The translations under genes and the position numbers were made by a program. The notes beneath the pieces are model-generated. The model ran no database searches, was not told the origin of the DNA, and saw only the letters and a program-made list of their open reading frames with translations. From Bilabrum cf. latius (Eukaryota): a stretch of 64,000 bases of DNA. Shown here one piece after another: positions 1-10,504 of this stretch; position 1 is the stretch's first letter, and each line of letters begins with the position of its first letter. The stretch lies in the NCBI GenBank assembly GCA_965178125.1, contig CBCXTV010000001.1:62001-126000 (forward strand), read 5' to 3'.

Positions 1-2277
1 GCGATCCAATCCCATCGAAACGCATGGCTGTGGGCTGAGAACCACACGCCGACGGAATGGCTCATGGTTGTCGAAGATGATATCGAACCTCGCGAAGCAT
101 GCGTGGATCGGCTACTCGTAGTTCTTCACGCCATCGCGAAAAACCCCAAGGTGACGCAGATGGCCATGTTAGCGGGGTCAGAAGCACCGAGAATGGTCAC
201 CCTCCAGCGCGACAACTCCACCTCCATCCACAATTGCGAGCGCCTCTTGGACGTGCGGACCTATCCGGCGCACTGGGTAGACAACACATTTGTGGTCCCC
301 TACCACGTCGGCATGGGCCTAAAGTGGTATCTCATCAGCCCGGAGGGGAGGAAGGCGCTCCTGAAGATGCGGATCCCGAACCGAAGCTTCGAACGCTGCG
401 TCTGGCGCCGCCTCTTCGACACGTTCCAAGGGCCGGTATGGAAGTGGGGAGATTGCCTCCGCATGACATCTGTGCTGGCAGCCAGCCCGGTCCTCGCATC
501 GACTCCCGAGAGCATGGACACGGAGTGGGGGGGCTCGGGACGACGAAGTGCGGATGCAGGGCACAGTATGAAACCGTACATAATGGTCGACCCGAGTGAG
601 GACTGGACTCTTGGCGAGCGATTAAACACATTGTCCGTCGTGATGTCCGTGTGCGCGGCCCTGAGTTGGGGGGTTGTCCTCGTCTGGGAAAAAACAGAGC
701 GCGTGCCCATCTCCTACGAAGACTTGTGCGGTGTTCACGAGCACGCCGGCGAAACCAACACGTTCGTCCACCTCCTCCAGGACAAACGCGGCGGGTCGTA
801 TTCGTACTTCCTGAGGTACGGAGACATCCGCATCCACGTGGTGCAGCCGATGATGTGCATCCCCACCCTCGACAGAATGCTCGACATGGTAGCCCTGAAG
901 AGGCCCAAGATGAACACCCTGCCTCCCTTGAAATGGCAGACCGCTCGATGGATCCAAGTCAAGCAGAAGTGGATCGATAAACTCCACACGGAGATGCCGG
1001 GGGCCGAGCTGCCCTCATGGCTGGAGTGGCCACCCTCAACCCACGCGCTTGTCCTCTGCGACGACAGGGACTTGGCGGCGCACTGCCTCGAGGGGAGATG
1101 CCAAAAGGAGCAGCAGGAGTGGATGAACGACGGGAAGGACAACAGCATCCAGCACTACATCCTTGAGGCAAAGCAAGCGCTGCAGAACGAGTTGGAAGAC
1201 ATCCTAAAGGGGGACAGCAGCTCACGCCTCGTCGTGATCCGCATGACAACCAAACTGCTGGGACAGGTCTGGGTGGACATGATGAAGCACCTCACGAAGC
1301 AGTTCGGGAAGCGCATCATAACGCCAACGTTCCTCCTCCCGAAAATGATCCCCAAAAGGAGGCACGACGAAAAGAACCCGAGTGATGATTGGATTACTTG
1401 GGGAGCATCCTTGGCGAAAACCGTGGGCCTCCTCACGCTCATACCTCCGATGCAAGTGCACTATCCCATCATGAGCTGGACCGTGGCCTGGAACCACTTC
1501 ATGTTTAAGGGCAGGACTGCCACGGACACCGTGATCCCAGACGTCATCCGAACTCTGTACGCTCCGCACAAGAGCAACAGGAAGCAGCTCCTCAAGAACG
1601 GCCCGCTGTGCCAGACGAGGCGCGCCGTGCTGGACTCGCCCGCACTGCGGGACATTGCGAACAACTACTCAAGGGCCAAGGACAAGACCTATAACCTCTT
1701 GAGTTATTCCAAATGGTTTGCCGAAGAAGCCATGTGGCACATGATCAAGTACGCGGAAAGCACGCAGTGCATCGTCGACCCGTTCGTGAGCCGCCAGTGC
1801 CAAAAGGTCTTCGAGCACATCCCCTCGGACGACATCGGCCATGCGGACGCCCGGCTCCGGTACAACCTTCAGGATGCCGACGACCGAGGTTACCGCTTCA
1901 ACGCGGGGCATCTCTACACCGCGGTGCAGGGCATCAAAACGGTGAACATCGCATACAACAAGTGGCTCACCGAGCAGGCACAGAGTCATTCCGAATGGAG
2001 CTGGGGCAAAACGTTCATCAAGCTTGTGATCAACCAGTGGCGGCAGCAGCAGGGCAGTGAGCCGTATGACGTGGACGAGGAGGACTACGTGAGCCTTCCG
2101 CGGACCTTCCACGGGAATTCGTTGAAGCTCGCGAGGAGCGTAAGCCTCCAGGACACGAGATCCTGCTCCAGATCGTCCTCATCCTATTCCAGGTCGCCCT
2201 CCACCAACAGGACTGAGGCACAGCCTTCGAAGAGAGCGCGCCTGACCCCGGCACCCGGCGTAAAGCACGAGCCCTGA
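1..2277 (+). CDS. Glycosyltransferase (GT25-like), copy 1, 5' end cut by window edge
   Basis: Open frame from base 1. Motifs SHRNAW..WLMVVEDD and GLKWYLISPEGRKALL. Confidence 0.8.
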   Translation, partial: AIQSHRNAWLWAENHTPTEWLMVVEDDIEPREACVDRLLVVLHAIAKNPKVTQMAMLAGSEAPRMVTLQRDNSTSIHNCERLLDVRTYPAHWVDNTFVVPYHVGMGLKWYLISPEGRKALLKMRIPNRSFERCVWRRLFDTFQGPVWKWGDCLRMTSVLAASPVLASTPESMDTEWGGSGRRSADAGHSMKPYIMVDPSEDWTLGERLNTLSVVMSVCAALSWGVVLVWEKTERVPISYEDLCGVHEHAGETNTFVHLLQDKRGGSYSYFLRYGDIRIHVVQPMMCIPTLDRMLDMVALKRPKMNTLPPLKWQTARWIQVKQKWIDKLHTEMPGAELPSWLEWPPSTHALVLCDDRDLAAHCLEGRCQKEQQEWMNDGKDNSIQHYILEAKQALQNELEDILKGDSSSRLVVIRMTTKLLGQVWVDMMKHLTKQFGKRIITPTFLLPKMIPKRRHDEKNPSDDWITWGASLAKTVGLLTLIPPMQVHYPIMSWTVAWNHFMFKGRTATDTVIPDVIRTLYAPHKSNRKQLLKNGPLCQTRRAVLDSPALRDIANNYSRAKDKTYNLLSYSKWFAEEAMWHMIKYAESTQCIVDPFVSRQCQKVFEHIPSDDIGHADARLRYNLQDADDRGYRFNAGHLYTAVQGIKTVNIAYNKWLTEQAQSHSEWSWGKTFIKLVINQWRQQQGSEPYDVDEEDYVSLPRTFHGNSLKLARSVSLQDTRSCSRSSSSYSRSPSTNRTEAQPSKRARLTPAPGVKHEP

Positions 2278-3151
2278 CGACGAAATGCCGCAGAACAGCG
2301 CGTTGCGGGGAGACAAAGCTCCGCGGGCAACAGCAGAAGGCCGCCGAGCGCCGGAGTTGGAGGGTCACATAGTTCCATCGGTCCCATTCTCTCCGGAAGT
2401 CGCATAGCACGTAGAGATCCGCATGCTCTCGGTGCATGAACGCTGGCAGCACGCAGTGCCAAAGTCGCAAAGCGCTTCAGAGTCACAAGTCCAGAAGTTC
2501 TTCTGCCAATGTGTGTCCTCTTCCCGCTCATGTGTGCATCCTCGGAGGAAGTCTGGAGATGACAGGACCCAGCACGCACCACATCAGAAGTCCTTTTTTA
2601 AAGCGGCATCGTCAGACAAAAATCTGGAACGCCCTTCCGCAAAAAAGAGTGCTGCCCACAGAAAAAAGGGAAACACCTGAGGCCCCAGAAGCCAAAGGGA
2701 GGACCGCGAAGGACGCAGTTTCGAGGTCACACTTTCCGGGACCAGTTTTGAGCCCAAAAAGGGGTACACAAGAGGAAAACACGATGCGGGAGGCTTGAAA
2801 TTGTCACCGAAAACGGGCCCAAAATTGGGACCCCTTTTTCGCAAATTTCGCAGCATCCAGACGACCCAGAAAGGCTTTCCCAGGCGCCGCCTCGAAGCTC
2901 ACCTTCTCGCATGCAACCATGACGCAGCCCCACCTCCTCATGCAGACGCGTCTGAGAGACCCCGCAGTGGAACTTCTCCCATTCTGCGCAGGAAGCACTT
3001 CAGTCTACAAGGACCCGCGCACTTCTTACCGCACCACCTCCATGTGAAAGCACTTCTCGCGGAGTTTTTTTCGGGCCCAGGAATACAGCAACTGCCAGAA
3101 GCTTCGCACAGAAAAGCAGCCCACTCAGGAAGCAAACTCACTGCACACCCC

Positions 3152-3622
3152 ATGGCGAGCGACGCAGAACCGGAGGACGCAATGCGGCTCGACTCCCCTA
3201 GAGATGCGGATGCAGCGGCGCCACCCGAAGCGACGGAGGCAGGATCACAGAAACCAGATCATGCGCAGCAGTTCTTCGAGGAGCCCTGCCCGAAAGACGG
3301 ACACATGGAAGCGCCAGAGAAGACCGCCAAGACGGACGAACCTGGCGACACACCCATGTTCGTCGACAAGTGGACGGCAGCGATCACACGCCTTACCGAG
3401 GAGCGCAAGGCTCTCAAGCTCGAGCAGCGGGCTAAAACGAAGGCCATCCGCAAAACCATCCGGCAGAAAAGGCGCACCATGAAGAACGCCAAAAAACTCA
3501 CAGACGACGAGCTCGCCCAAATCGTGCTAGACAGGAAGATCTTGCAGTTGGTGCAAAAAGAAGAGATCGCAGCACGCAGCTCCGCCAACTCCTCAACGAG
3601 CCAGGCGAAGTCGACCTTGTGA
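3152..3622 (+). CDS. Hypothetical 156-aa protein: acidic N-terminus, basic coiled-coil C-terminus
   Basis: ATG at 3152 (MASDAEPED). Amphipathic K/R-rich helix LTEERKALKLEQRAKTKAIRKTIRQKRRTMKNAKKLTDDELAQIV. Confidence 0.7.
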   Translation: MASDAEPEDAMRLDSPRDADAAAPPEATEAGSQKPDHAQQFFEEPCPKDGHMEAPEKTAKTDEPGDTPMFVDKWTAAITRLTEERKALKLEQRAKTKAIRKTIRQKRRTMKNAKKLTDDELAQIVLDRKILQLVQKEEIAARSSANSSTSQAKSTL

Positions 3623-4040
3623 GAAGCGCTTCCCGTGTTCAGAGAACCGAGGATTACAGATAGACCCCGCGTCACAGAAGCCATCGCAAGAGGGCAGAGC
3701 GTCAAGTACAGCGCAGTCTTGACGGACACAGATAGCCCGAGCAGCACAAAGCAGCGGATGCGGCTGCCCAGCGGAGTCGCGCACTCGGACAGCATACACG
3801 GGACGTGCTGGCAGAAATCACTCAGTCCGCGAGCACCGTCGTCAAGAGCACGGGAGGGGCAGACTCGACATGCACAACTTTGAAAAACGGGAGGGCACGA
3901 AAGGAAGACAAATTTGGCATTAATCCTTGATTACCCCCGCCCCCCCGTAGAATCAGAGCGAGGAGATATGCTCGGAAGGTTCAGGGGGCAGTCGCAGAAA
4001 AGTGCACGCGAAAATAAGAGGAAAGGAGACCCCCCAAACC

Positions 4041-4288
4041 CACGTAGTGCGACCCTCGGGGGTACCCTCTAAGGTACTAAGAATCCTTCCCCCGAAAATC
4101 GCACTACATCGGTCCCTGGCGTCGGGGAAAGCGGAAAAAAGGGGAGCACTACCGTGAAAAAATCCTGCATTTTACAGGAAAATCGGAGCACTACGTGTCA
4201 AAAACTGGGGGTTTTTGAGGTTTTTTTTCCAGAAAAACGGCATTTTTTTATGTAAAAACCGCGCGAAACGAGCACTACCGAGCACTAC
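4041..4288. promoter_or_regulatory. Putative replication origin: stem-loop plus GCACTAC iterons upstream of Rep
   Basis: Stem GTAGTGCGA(4044-52)/TCGCACTAC(4099-4107) and TCGGGGG(4056-62)/CCCCCGA(4089-95). GCACTAC at 4101, 4146, 4188, 4272, 4282 and inverted at 4044, among A/T tracts. Confidence 0.55.
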
Positions 4289-4796
4289 ATCGCCTCCTCC
4301 AGTCGTGTTTCGCATTTTTTTCGCTGGCCGAAAATGTCTCCGAAGGCGCTGCCTCGAGGGGGGGTTCCGATGGCTGATTTTGGGCGTTCTGTTGTCGATT
4401 TCGCGTGCATTTCAGGTTGTCGGCGAGGCCTTTTTGGCGTATGTCGCAGTTCGGATGCCCTCGAACGTCGTGTCTCATGTGGTATTCGCCGGTTTCTATG
4501 TTGGAGAAGGCGGTCGGTCGATCATCCTCTCTGGCAGGCTCCGAAGTGCGTTTGTGATCGTGCTAATTGCAACGCCATGCTTTCCTTCGTTGGCTTCGAG
4601 AATCCTTCCCTCGGAAGCGGTAGTACCTCGCCCAGGGCGGCACGAGCTGCAGACTCAGCTGCCTCGGTGCTCATGTGTGTCCCGTGTCAGCAGTTTCGGT
4701 GTTACGAACAGCAAGGATTCTGGGCATTGCGTGTCGGAGGCAAGTGTTCTATCTTGAGGCATTCCGCGATTCGTCGAAGGATTATTTGCGCAAATA

Positions 4797-7082
4797 ATGT
4801 CGGCTCCGTTCAAGGGCGAAACGATGAGTTTGTCTGTTGCCGAGTCGCTGAAGTCCCGAGTCGCATCCTGCTCCTGGGATCCCGCGTGGGTTTCCGCGAG
4901 CTGCGTGCCGTGCGATGGCCTCCCCACAAGCCAGGAGTCAGAAGCGTCCACGACGGCGACCTCTGCTTTGTTAGGGGTGTCCGAGGCGTCCCCAACGTGC
5001 TCGTGTGGCCTCGGTGTCTCCAATTCGGTGGCTGCAGCGCGCGCGGCCGCTGTCCCGAGTTTTGGCTTTGACGATGCGGAGAACGACTTCGACGCCAGTC
5101 TCGACATGATTGAGGCCTCATGCGAGGTCGCATGCGAGGCAGAATGCGAGGGCGATCCGGGAGCCTGCTTGTTGTCCCACGGCAAGTCGAGCGGTCAGTG
5201 GCAGATCGGCGTAGTGGGTGAACGAGTCCTTTATGAGGGCCTCAGCGTTGAGGGCGACATTCCTGGCCGCGTTGCTGCCTCCGAAGCGCTCGCCGCGGGT
5301 GTCATCAATTTGGAACCCCCGTCAGAGGAAGTACTTTTGCCGGTGCAGCTTCTGCGGAGTAGTCAAGGTTACCGTGGGGTTCTGCCCATCGAGGATTCTG
5401 CGCCCGATGCGAGGGGGCGACCGCAGATGCTCATGCTCCCCGATTTCGTGCCCCGCGTGAAGAGGCGGCGTCTTCGGCAGAAGTGCGACCCTGCTGAGGG
5501 CGATGCAGCACCGAGTCTTGCGGCTCATCTCGGACCTCCGCCCGCGGCTCGTGCCGCGGCCGGAGCGTCTGGGCCGCAGCGCTCGACTGGAAGGCCTTCG
5601 ACTCGTCCTATTGATAGTGTCATCTATCGTCTCCTGCGGGTTTTCCCTGACGATTTCAAGTTGGCGTTTCCGGCGTCGGTGTCACACCAGCGGAAGCGGT
5701 GCCTCATCAGGGAGGCGCTTCGCAATGTATCCGGTGACCGCATGTGCATCTTGAAAGACTGGGCTGCGGGGGCGGAGGACACTCCTTGCCAGCTTCGTTT
5801 CGAGGAGCTCTTCCCGGAGCTTGCGCGGCAGCGGGACGAAGTTGTGAGGAATCCGGGATCGCACTCAGTGCCCGTGGGCGAGATTGTGCCTGCGTCCGAC
5901 AAGAACACGAGGCGGGGAAGGGCCGTGATGCTTACCTTTCACGGTCGCTGGGGTGTCGAAAAGGAGCCTGTGCGCGACATCATGTCGGCATCCGTGGCAA
6001 GGGGCGTCCTGAGGCGATTGGTTCTCGCGTCTCCGTTCTATGTGGAGCTTTGGGCCACCTTCAAGGCATGGGCGCAGGACATCGCGCGGCGGATGATGTG
6101 GCCTCAGCTGTCCATGAAAATGGAGCTCTCCCTGCACCGCAAGCACGCCGCAAACTTGGTGCACTTCCACGTATGCATGACGGATTCCGAGAAGTCGCAT
6201 CGTTGTCGCGTGGCGGAGGATTTCATGTGGGCCGGCAGCAGGCCGAATGTCGTCTACGGCTCCGGGCGGTCAGCGAAGGCGCAGGAACGTGGCGCGTCGG
6301 AGTTACACTATTATTGTCAAGCTCCCAAAGTCGGTGCGCTGCTTTGCGCCACGAACTACCGAGCCGGACGCGATTTCGTCGTCAATGGTAAGTTCGTGCA
6401 CGCGTTGTTCGCACGCTTCAAAATGGATCCGGACGTCGCGAGAAGGGAACTCGTGGCGTATCGGTGTCGGGACGCCGAGAACTTAGTGCGCGCCATCGAC
6501 TTCCACATACAGAATACCGCGGAGAGGAGAGAGGTGTGCGCGCAGGCCGCGGTGCACGTAGTGACGAAGCTCCGCCCCTTTAAGGTGGTGCCCGAAGTCG
6601 AGAAGTGGCGCGAGAGCTATCGTCAGGAGTGGTTCGCGCACATGCGCTTCAAGTTCCTTGTCTTGGTGGGGGACTCCCGGTTCGGGAAGACAGTGTACGC
6701 GCGGAATCTCTTCGGGAGCGAAAGGACTCTTGTTGTGAACTGTCAGGGCAGTGTGGAACCTCCGCTCCGTGGCTTCGATCGAAGTCGGCATGTGGCCATT
6801 GTGTTCGACGAGGCAAATGCCCTGTGGGTCGTCAACAACAAACAGGTCTTTCAGGCTGGCCTTGACCCCTCCCTGCTCGGCCAGAGCAAGACGAACAGCC
6901 TCGCATACTCTGTGTGGCTCCACGGTATCGCCCTGATCATCTGCACGAATTCGTGGGGCTCTGACGTGACGGAGTCGGCGGACCGCGATTGGCTTGACAA
7001 CAACTGCACGAAAGTGGAGGTGAAAGATCGGCTCTACTTCGACGAGGACTTGTTGTCTCTCACGGATGTGCAGAAGAGCTGA
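4797..7082 (+). CDS. rep: Rolling-circle replication initiator (HUH endonuclease + SF3 helicase), gemini/genomovirus-like, with long N-terminal extension
   Basis: Motif I MLTF, motif II VHFHV, GRS-like DFMWAGSRPNV, motif III YYCQAPK, Walker A GDSRFGKT, Walker B IVFDE, motif C IICTN, C-terminal DWLDNNC..V...LY. Confidence 0.93.
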   Translation: MSAPFKGETMSLSVAESLKSRVASCSWDPAWVSASCVPCDGLPTSQESEASTTATSALLGVSEASPTCSCGLGVSNSVAAARAAAVPSFGFDDAENDFDASLDMIEASCEVACEAECEGDPGACLLSHGKSSGQWQIGVVGERVLYEGLSVEGDIPGRVAASEALAAGVINLEPPSEEVLLPVQLLRSSQGYRGVLPIEDSAPDARGRPQMLMLPDFVPRVKRRRLRQKCDPAEGDAAPSLAAHLGPPPAARAAAGASGPQRSTGRPSTRPIDSVIYRLLRVFPDDFKLAFPASVSHQRKRCLIREALRNVSGDRMCILKDWAAGAEDTPCQLRFEELFPELARQRDEVVRNPGSHSVPVGEIVPASDKNTRRGRAVMLTFHGRWGVEKEPVRDIMSASVARGVLRRLVLASPFYVELWATFKAWAQDIARRMMWPQLSMKMELSLHRKHAANLVHFHVCMTDSEKSHRCRVAEDFMWAGSRPNVVYGSGRSAKAQERGASELHYYCQAPKVGALLCATNYRAGRDFVVNGKFVHALFARFKMDPDVARRELVAYRCRDAENLVRAIDFHIQNTAERREVCAQAAVHVVTKLRPFKVVPEVEKWRESYRQEWFAHMRFKFLVLVGDSRFGKTVYARNLFGSERTLVVNCQGSVEPPLRGFDRSRHVAIVFDEANALWVVNNKQVFQAGLDPSLLGQSKTNSLAYSVWLHGIALIICTNSWGSDVTESADRDWLDNNCTKVEVKDRLYFDEDLLSLTDVQKS

Positions 7083-7486
7083 CGCCGGCCGCTGAGGTTT
7101 TCAGTCCGGTTCACACGAGCGCCGGAGCCGCAGCGGCAGCCGCTTCGGTGCTCCTGAAGGTCTAATGTCCTCAATGCGTTTCGTGTGCAAAAAGGATGTG
7201 GTTTCTACATGGGGGCATTCCGCAAGTTTCATGTGGTCCGTCGCGTTCGTCCGGGGGAGTGCTTGCCTAGTATTGGGAGCTTGCCTGACACACACACACG
7301 TGGCACCCAGCCTGATGGGTTGCAAGTGTGTGTGTGTCTCCGCAGTGCCGCGGTTGGGACCCGGCGGGTCGTTTGCTTTTACGTCGCCGCGTCGCGCGCC
7401 GACGAGACATTTCTTGGTCTCAGAAGCCTCTGCTTCCGGTAGGCGCGCCGTGTACACTCGCGGGCCGAAGGTGGGTGCGTTGCTTG

Positions 7487-8179
7487 ATGGCCTACGTCGG
7501 TATCGCCGATGCACCGTATGTGCCCGTGGTTGCCGCGTCGACCTCCGAGCACGCCCCGGAGGGCGAGGTGGAGATGATGCTTGCGCCTCTTGCCGGAGAT
7601 GTCGGTTTCAAGCGGCCTCGCGTGTTTCCTCCCGGTTCGCGACTTCTTCCTAAGTCGCCGGCCCATCCGGCGGTGCTCATAACAGCGCTCGGCAGTGAGG
7701 CACCCCAGGACACACAGTGCGTCGTTTGGTCGGACTCTAAGGCTTTCGACCTCGCGGAGTTTGTATGCTCTTCCTGCGGCTGCAATCGTGTCATGGCGGA
7801 CCTGAATCATCGTATGCGTGATCGTCTCGTACGTCGCGTGCAGCGCACGCTTTATGCCGATGATTCTCCGTGCGGCAGGGGTGCGATTTCGTGTCGTGCT
7901 TGTCGCGAGAAGGCGCGCGACGCGGCGCCGAAGACGTCGATTATGAACGCGGCGAACAAGAAGAAGATCTCGGGAACTCTTCGCATGCAGTTGGATCTCA
8001 TTGTAGAGACCGGGGAGCGGAAGGGTCAGCGTTGTACTGCGGAGAAAATTCTGACATTGGGAACGATGAAGCAGCACAGGGTTTTCGAGAGGGACCTTTA
8101 CGATGAGGCATGGCGCGGGCTTGTTCGTCTGTCTGGACGCGAGGCTTGGAGCGATGACGACTCGTGGTCTCCGCGTTGA
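7487..8179 (+). CDS. Hypothetical zinc-finger protein A (CxxC..CxxC, ~230 aa)
   Basis: ATG at 7487. CSSC and CRAC pair; remote similarity to 14060..15124. Confidence 0.65.
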   Translation: MAYVGIADAPYVPVVAASTSEHAPEGEVEMMLAPLAGDVGFKRPRVFPPGSRLLPKSPAHPAVLITALGSEAPQDTQCVVWSDSKAFDLAEFVCSSCGCNRVMADLNHRMRDRLVRRVQRTLYADDSPCGRGAISCRACREKARDAAPKTSIMNAANKKKISGTLRMQLDLIVETGERKGQRCTAEKILTLGTMKQHRVFERDLYDEAWRGLVRLSGREAWSDDDSWSPR

Positions 8180-8386
8180 GCTTGCGTGACGGTTTTCCCT
8201 CTTAACCTGGCCTCTTGCGTGGCGCTGCTTCCGCGTGTGGCCTGAGCGTGCGACCTGAGCGTTCGGCCTGCTGTCGCGTATGACCTGAGCGAACGGGCGC
8301 TCGACAGTATCCCGCGTTTGTTGCTTCTGGGGTTCAAGAAACTTGTACTTTTTGGGCTGTACGGTGGTCAGTGGTGCACGGTTCGT

Positions 8387-8529
8387 TCGCAGCCTCCGCG
8401 TTGTTGGAAAGCTATGGTGGAGCATGGTTCTTTTCGCAGCCTCCGCGTTGTGATCAAGCTACGGTGGAGCATGGTTCGTGAGCATGGTTCTTTTCGCAGC
8501 CTCCGCGTTGTTGACACGTGAAAGCTACG
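8387..8529. repeat. Short imperfect tandem repeat (three copies of TCGCAGCCTCCGCGTTGT core, 47-60 bp period)
   Basis: Directly visible; recurs in each unit. Confidence 0.85.
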
Positions 8530-9298
8530 CGAACGTGACCACACAATAGGCCATACCCCAGGTGAAATCCGGACTCGGACATCCAGACGAAACGGCATCA
8601 TGCACACTGTTGAACACACAAATGACACTGAGCTCCACCGTAACGTAACTTTCCATCACCACCTGGTTTATTTTCTCCGCGATGGCAGCTTGGCGGTGAC
8701 GCTGTGTCTTCGGGCATGAAGGGGCAAATCTTTGATTTTTTGGGCCCTGTTTCGGTCACCGAAAAGTCGTGTGATTTCTGGCGCGCAGGAGGAGTGACGC
8801 AAGGTATTTCTGAACCGTTTTCCGGACGCTTTCCGGGCCTCCCATGTGACCGCTTTTTGCGTACCGAAACACGTTCCGCGCGTGAGGAGCAGATGCGGAT
8901 CTCCGCGGGGTCCTAGTTGTGTCCTTTTTCGGGGGACGAAATCGGGCGCACTTGTCGTGCCGATTCGTGGTCGTCTCTGAGACCGGCTGCGAGTCGGGAA
9001 AGGTGCCCGGGAGATGCTCGTGTCCTTGGCTTCGTATTTCTCCGCGTATTCTTCAAACGCGGGCGCACGTCTCCTACCGATTCGTGGTCGGTTTCCGAGG
9101 CCGATCGCGAGTCGGGAAATGCGCCCGCGATGCGCTCTCGATCTCGGAAAGGGCGGGAGTCCGTTCTTGCATTCGGAATGGGCGGGGAGTTGCTTTTCCT
9201 GGGAGCATGTGCGAGATTCCTTCTCCGCGGGTCCTCTTTCGGCTTCGGCAGTCAGCAGCGCACTCTGCGGGAACGGCATTCTCCGAGTCTCTTTGCCG

Positions 9299-10306
9299 AT
9301 GATGTCTGAGGAGAAACCGTCCGAGAGCATTGCTGTTTCCTTGGGAGACGGCCGCAATCTTCGTGCGCGTCGAGGCGCCGGTGATATGGGAAACGAGGGC
9401 GGCATGTTGGCGCGCGAGGTCGACGCGCCGGCGGAGCACGCCGGCGCGGCGGCAAGCGTCGATGATTCGGGCGGCCCCCACATCGAGAGCGGCGGCGCGG
9501 AGGCGGCGTCCACGGGGATGCTCGGAGAGGAGAGCGGCAAGGCAACGCCGAAGGAGGACGCCGAAGACGACGGCGGCAAGAAGACGGAGGAGGAGGATGC
9601 TCGCGGCGGTGGACGTGCTGTGGTGCCCGGAGGTAATGACGACGTATGGACCAACGCAGCAGCTTGGAAGGCGGGTGGCGGCGTGGCAGCCGGGGCGGTC
9701 TCTGGCGCTGATAGCTGGGATCTATGGGGGACCCCTGCGAAGTCGTCATGGGGGGAGACGTACGTGCTGCGGCAGGTCGCGTCGGAGCCGGCGGAGGAGG
9801 CGACATGGACTTGCAACGCGTGCCAGTGCTGCAAGCCCCGGTCGGCGTACTTTAAGAAGTGGAAGGACTGGATCCAACCAGTTTGCCGGGTGTGTTGCGA
9901 CAAGTTCGACAACGCGACGCCGTGGTGGGTGTGGTGCAAGAGCTGCAAAAACGAGTATCCGGCGTACCGATTTCCCCAGATCCGCCGGAAGAAGGAGAAC
10001 TTGCGCTATTTCTTCCCTGAGGACTGGTGCGCGAAGTGCCTGGTTGCGCGTGGCTGGAGTCTCCATGATGTCCGTTCCTCTGCGGGTGAAGCGAAGCGTT
10101 GGGTGCCAAAAGCTGGCGCGAATACCGGTGACGGCGACAACGACGCTCGTGCTCCCGCACGCGACGAGCTTCCTGCAGGAGGCGCCGCCTCCTGCAGCAA
10201 CGCCGTGCGTCAGAGTTCTTCGCGTGACGAGGCCTTGGATGACATCAAGCGGGCCATGGAGCTTCTCCAGAATGCGGAAAGGTTCCTCCTCACGATGCCA
10301 GCGTGA
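9299..10306 (+). CDS. Hypothetical zinc-finger protein B (acidic/Gly-rich N-terminus, four CxxC motifs, ~335 aa)
   Basis: ATG at 9299 (MMSEEKP). CNAC, CRVC, CKSC, CAKC. Paralogous copies in the mosaic keep the cysteines. Confidence 0.75.
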   Translation: MMSEEKPSESIAVSLGDGRNLRARRGAGDMGNEGGMLAREVDAPAEHAGAAASVDDSGGPHIESGGAEAASTGMLGEESGKATPKEDAEDDGGKKTEEEDARGGGRAVVPGGNDDVWTNAAAWKAGGGVAAGAVSGADSWDLWGTPAKSSWGETYVLRQVASEPAEEATWTCNACQCCKPRSAYFKKWKDWIQPVCRVCCDKFDNATPWWVWCKSCKNEYPAYRFPQIRRKKENLRYFFPEDWCAKCLVARGWSLHDVRSSAGEAKRWVPKAGANTGDGDNDARAPARDELPAGGAASCSNAVRQSSSRDEALDDIKRAMELLQNAERFLLTMPA

Positions 10307-10504
10307 CGCGGGAGCTTCCCGAATGGGTCCGTCGTACTGTGAGGGCGCTCCGGAAGGAAGAGCGCGAGTGAGTCATCCTTGCGCCGAGGTGAGCGCGACG
10401 TCGGAGGAGCACGGTCGTTTGATTGGGAACGATATGGTCGGCAGAGTGTGAAAATCCGAGTTTCTCGTGCAGGATTGGGCAGCTCTCTAGATATCTTGCC
10501 TGGG

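Noticed and set aside
4797-7082. Helitron or classical endogenous geminivirus call
   Set aside because: The helicase is SF3, not PIF1/SF1; no capsid or movement gene is recognisable and the unit is far larger than a CRESS genome.
7379-9948. Long minus-strand ORFs (348 aa, 426 aa) and other antisense or alternate-frame ORFs
   Set aside because: Shadows of GC-rich plus-strand genes, with Arg/Pro/Ser-biased composition and no domains.
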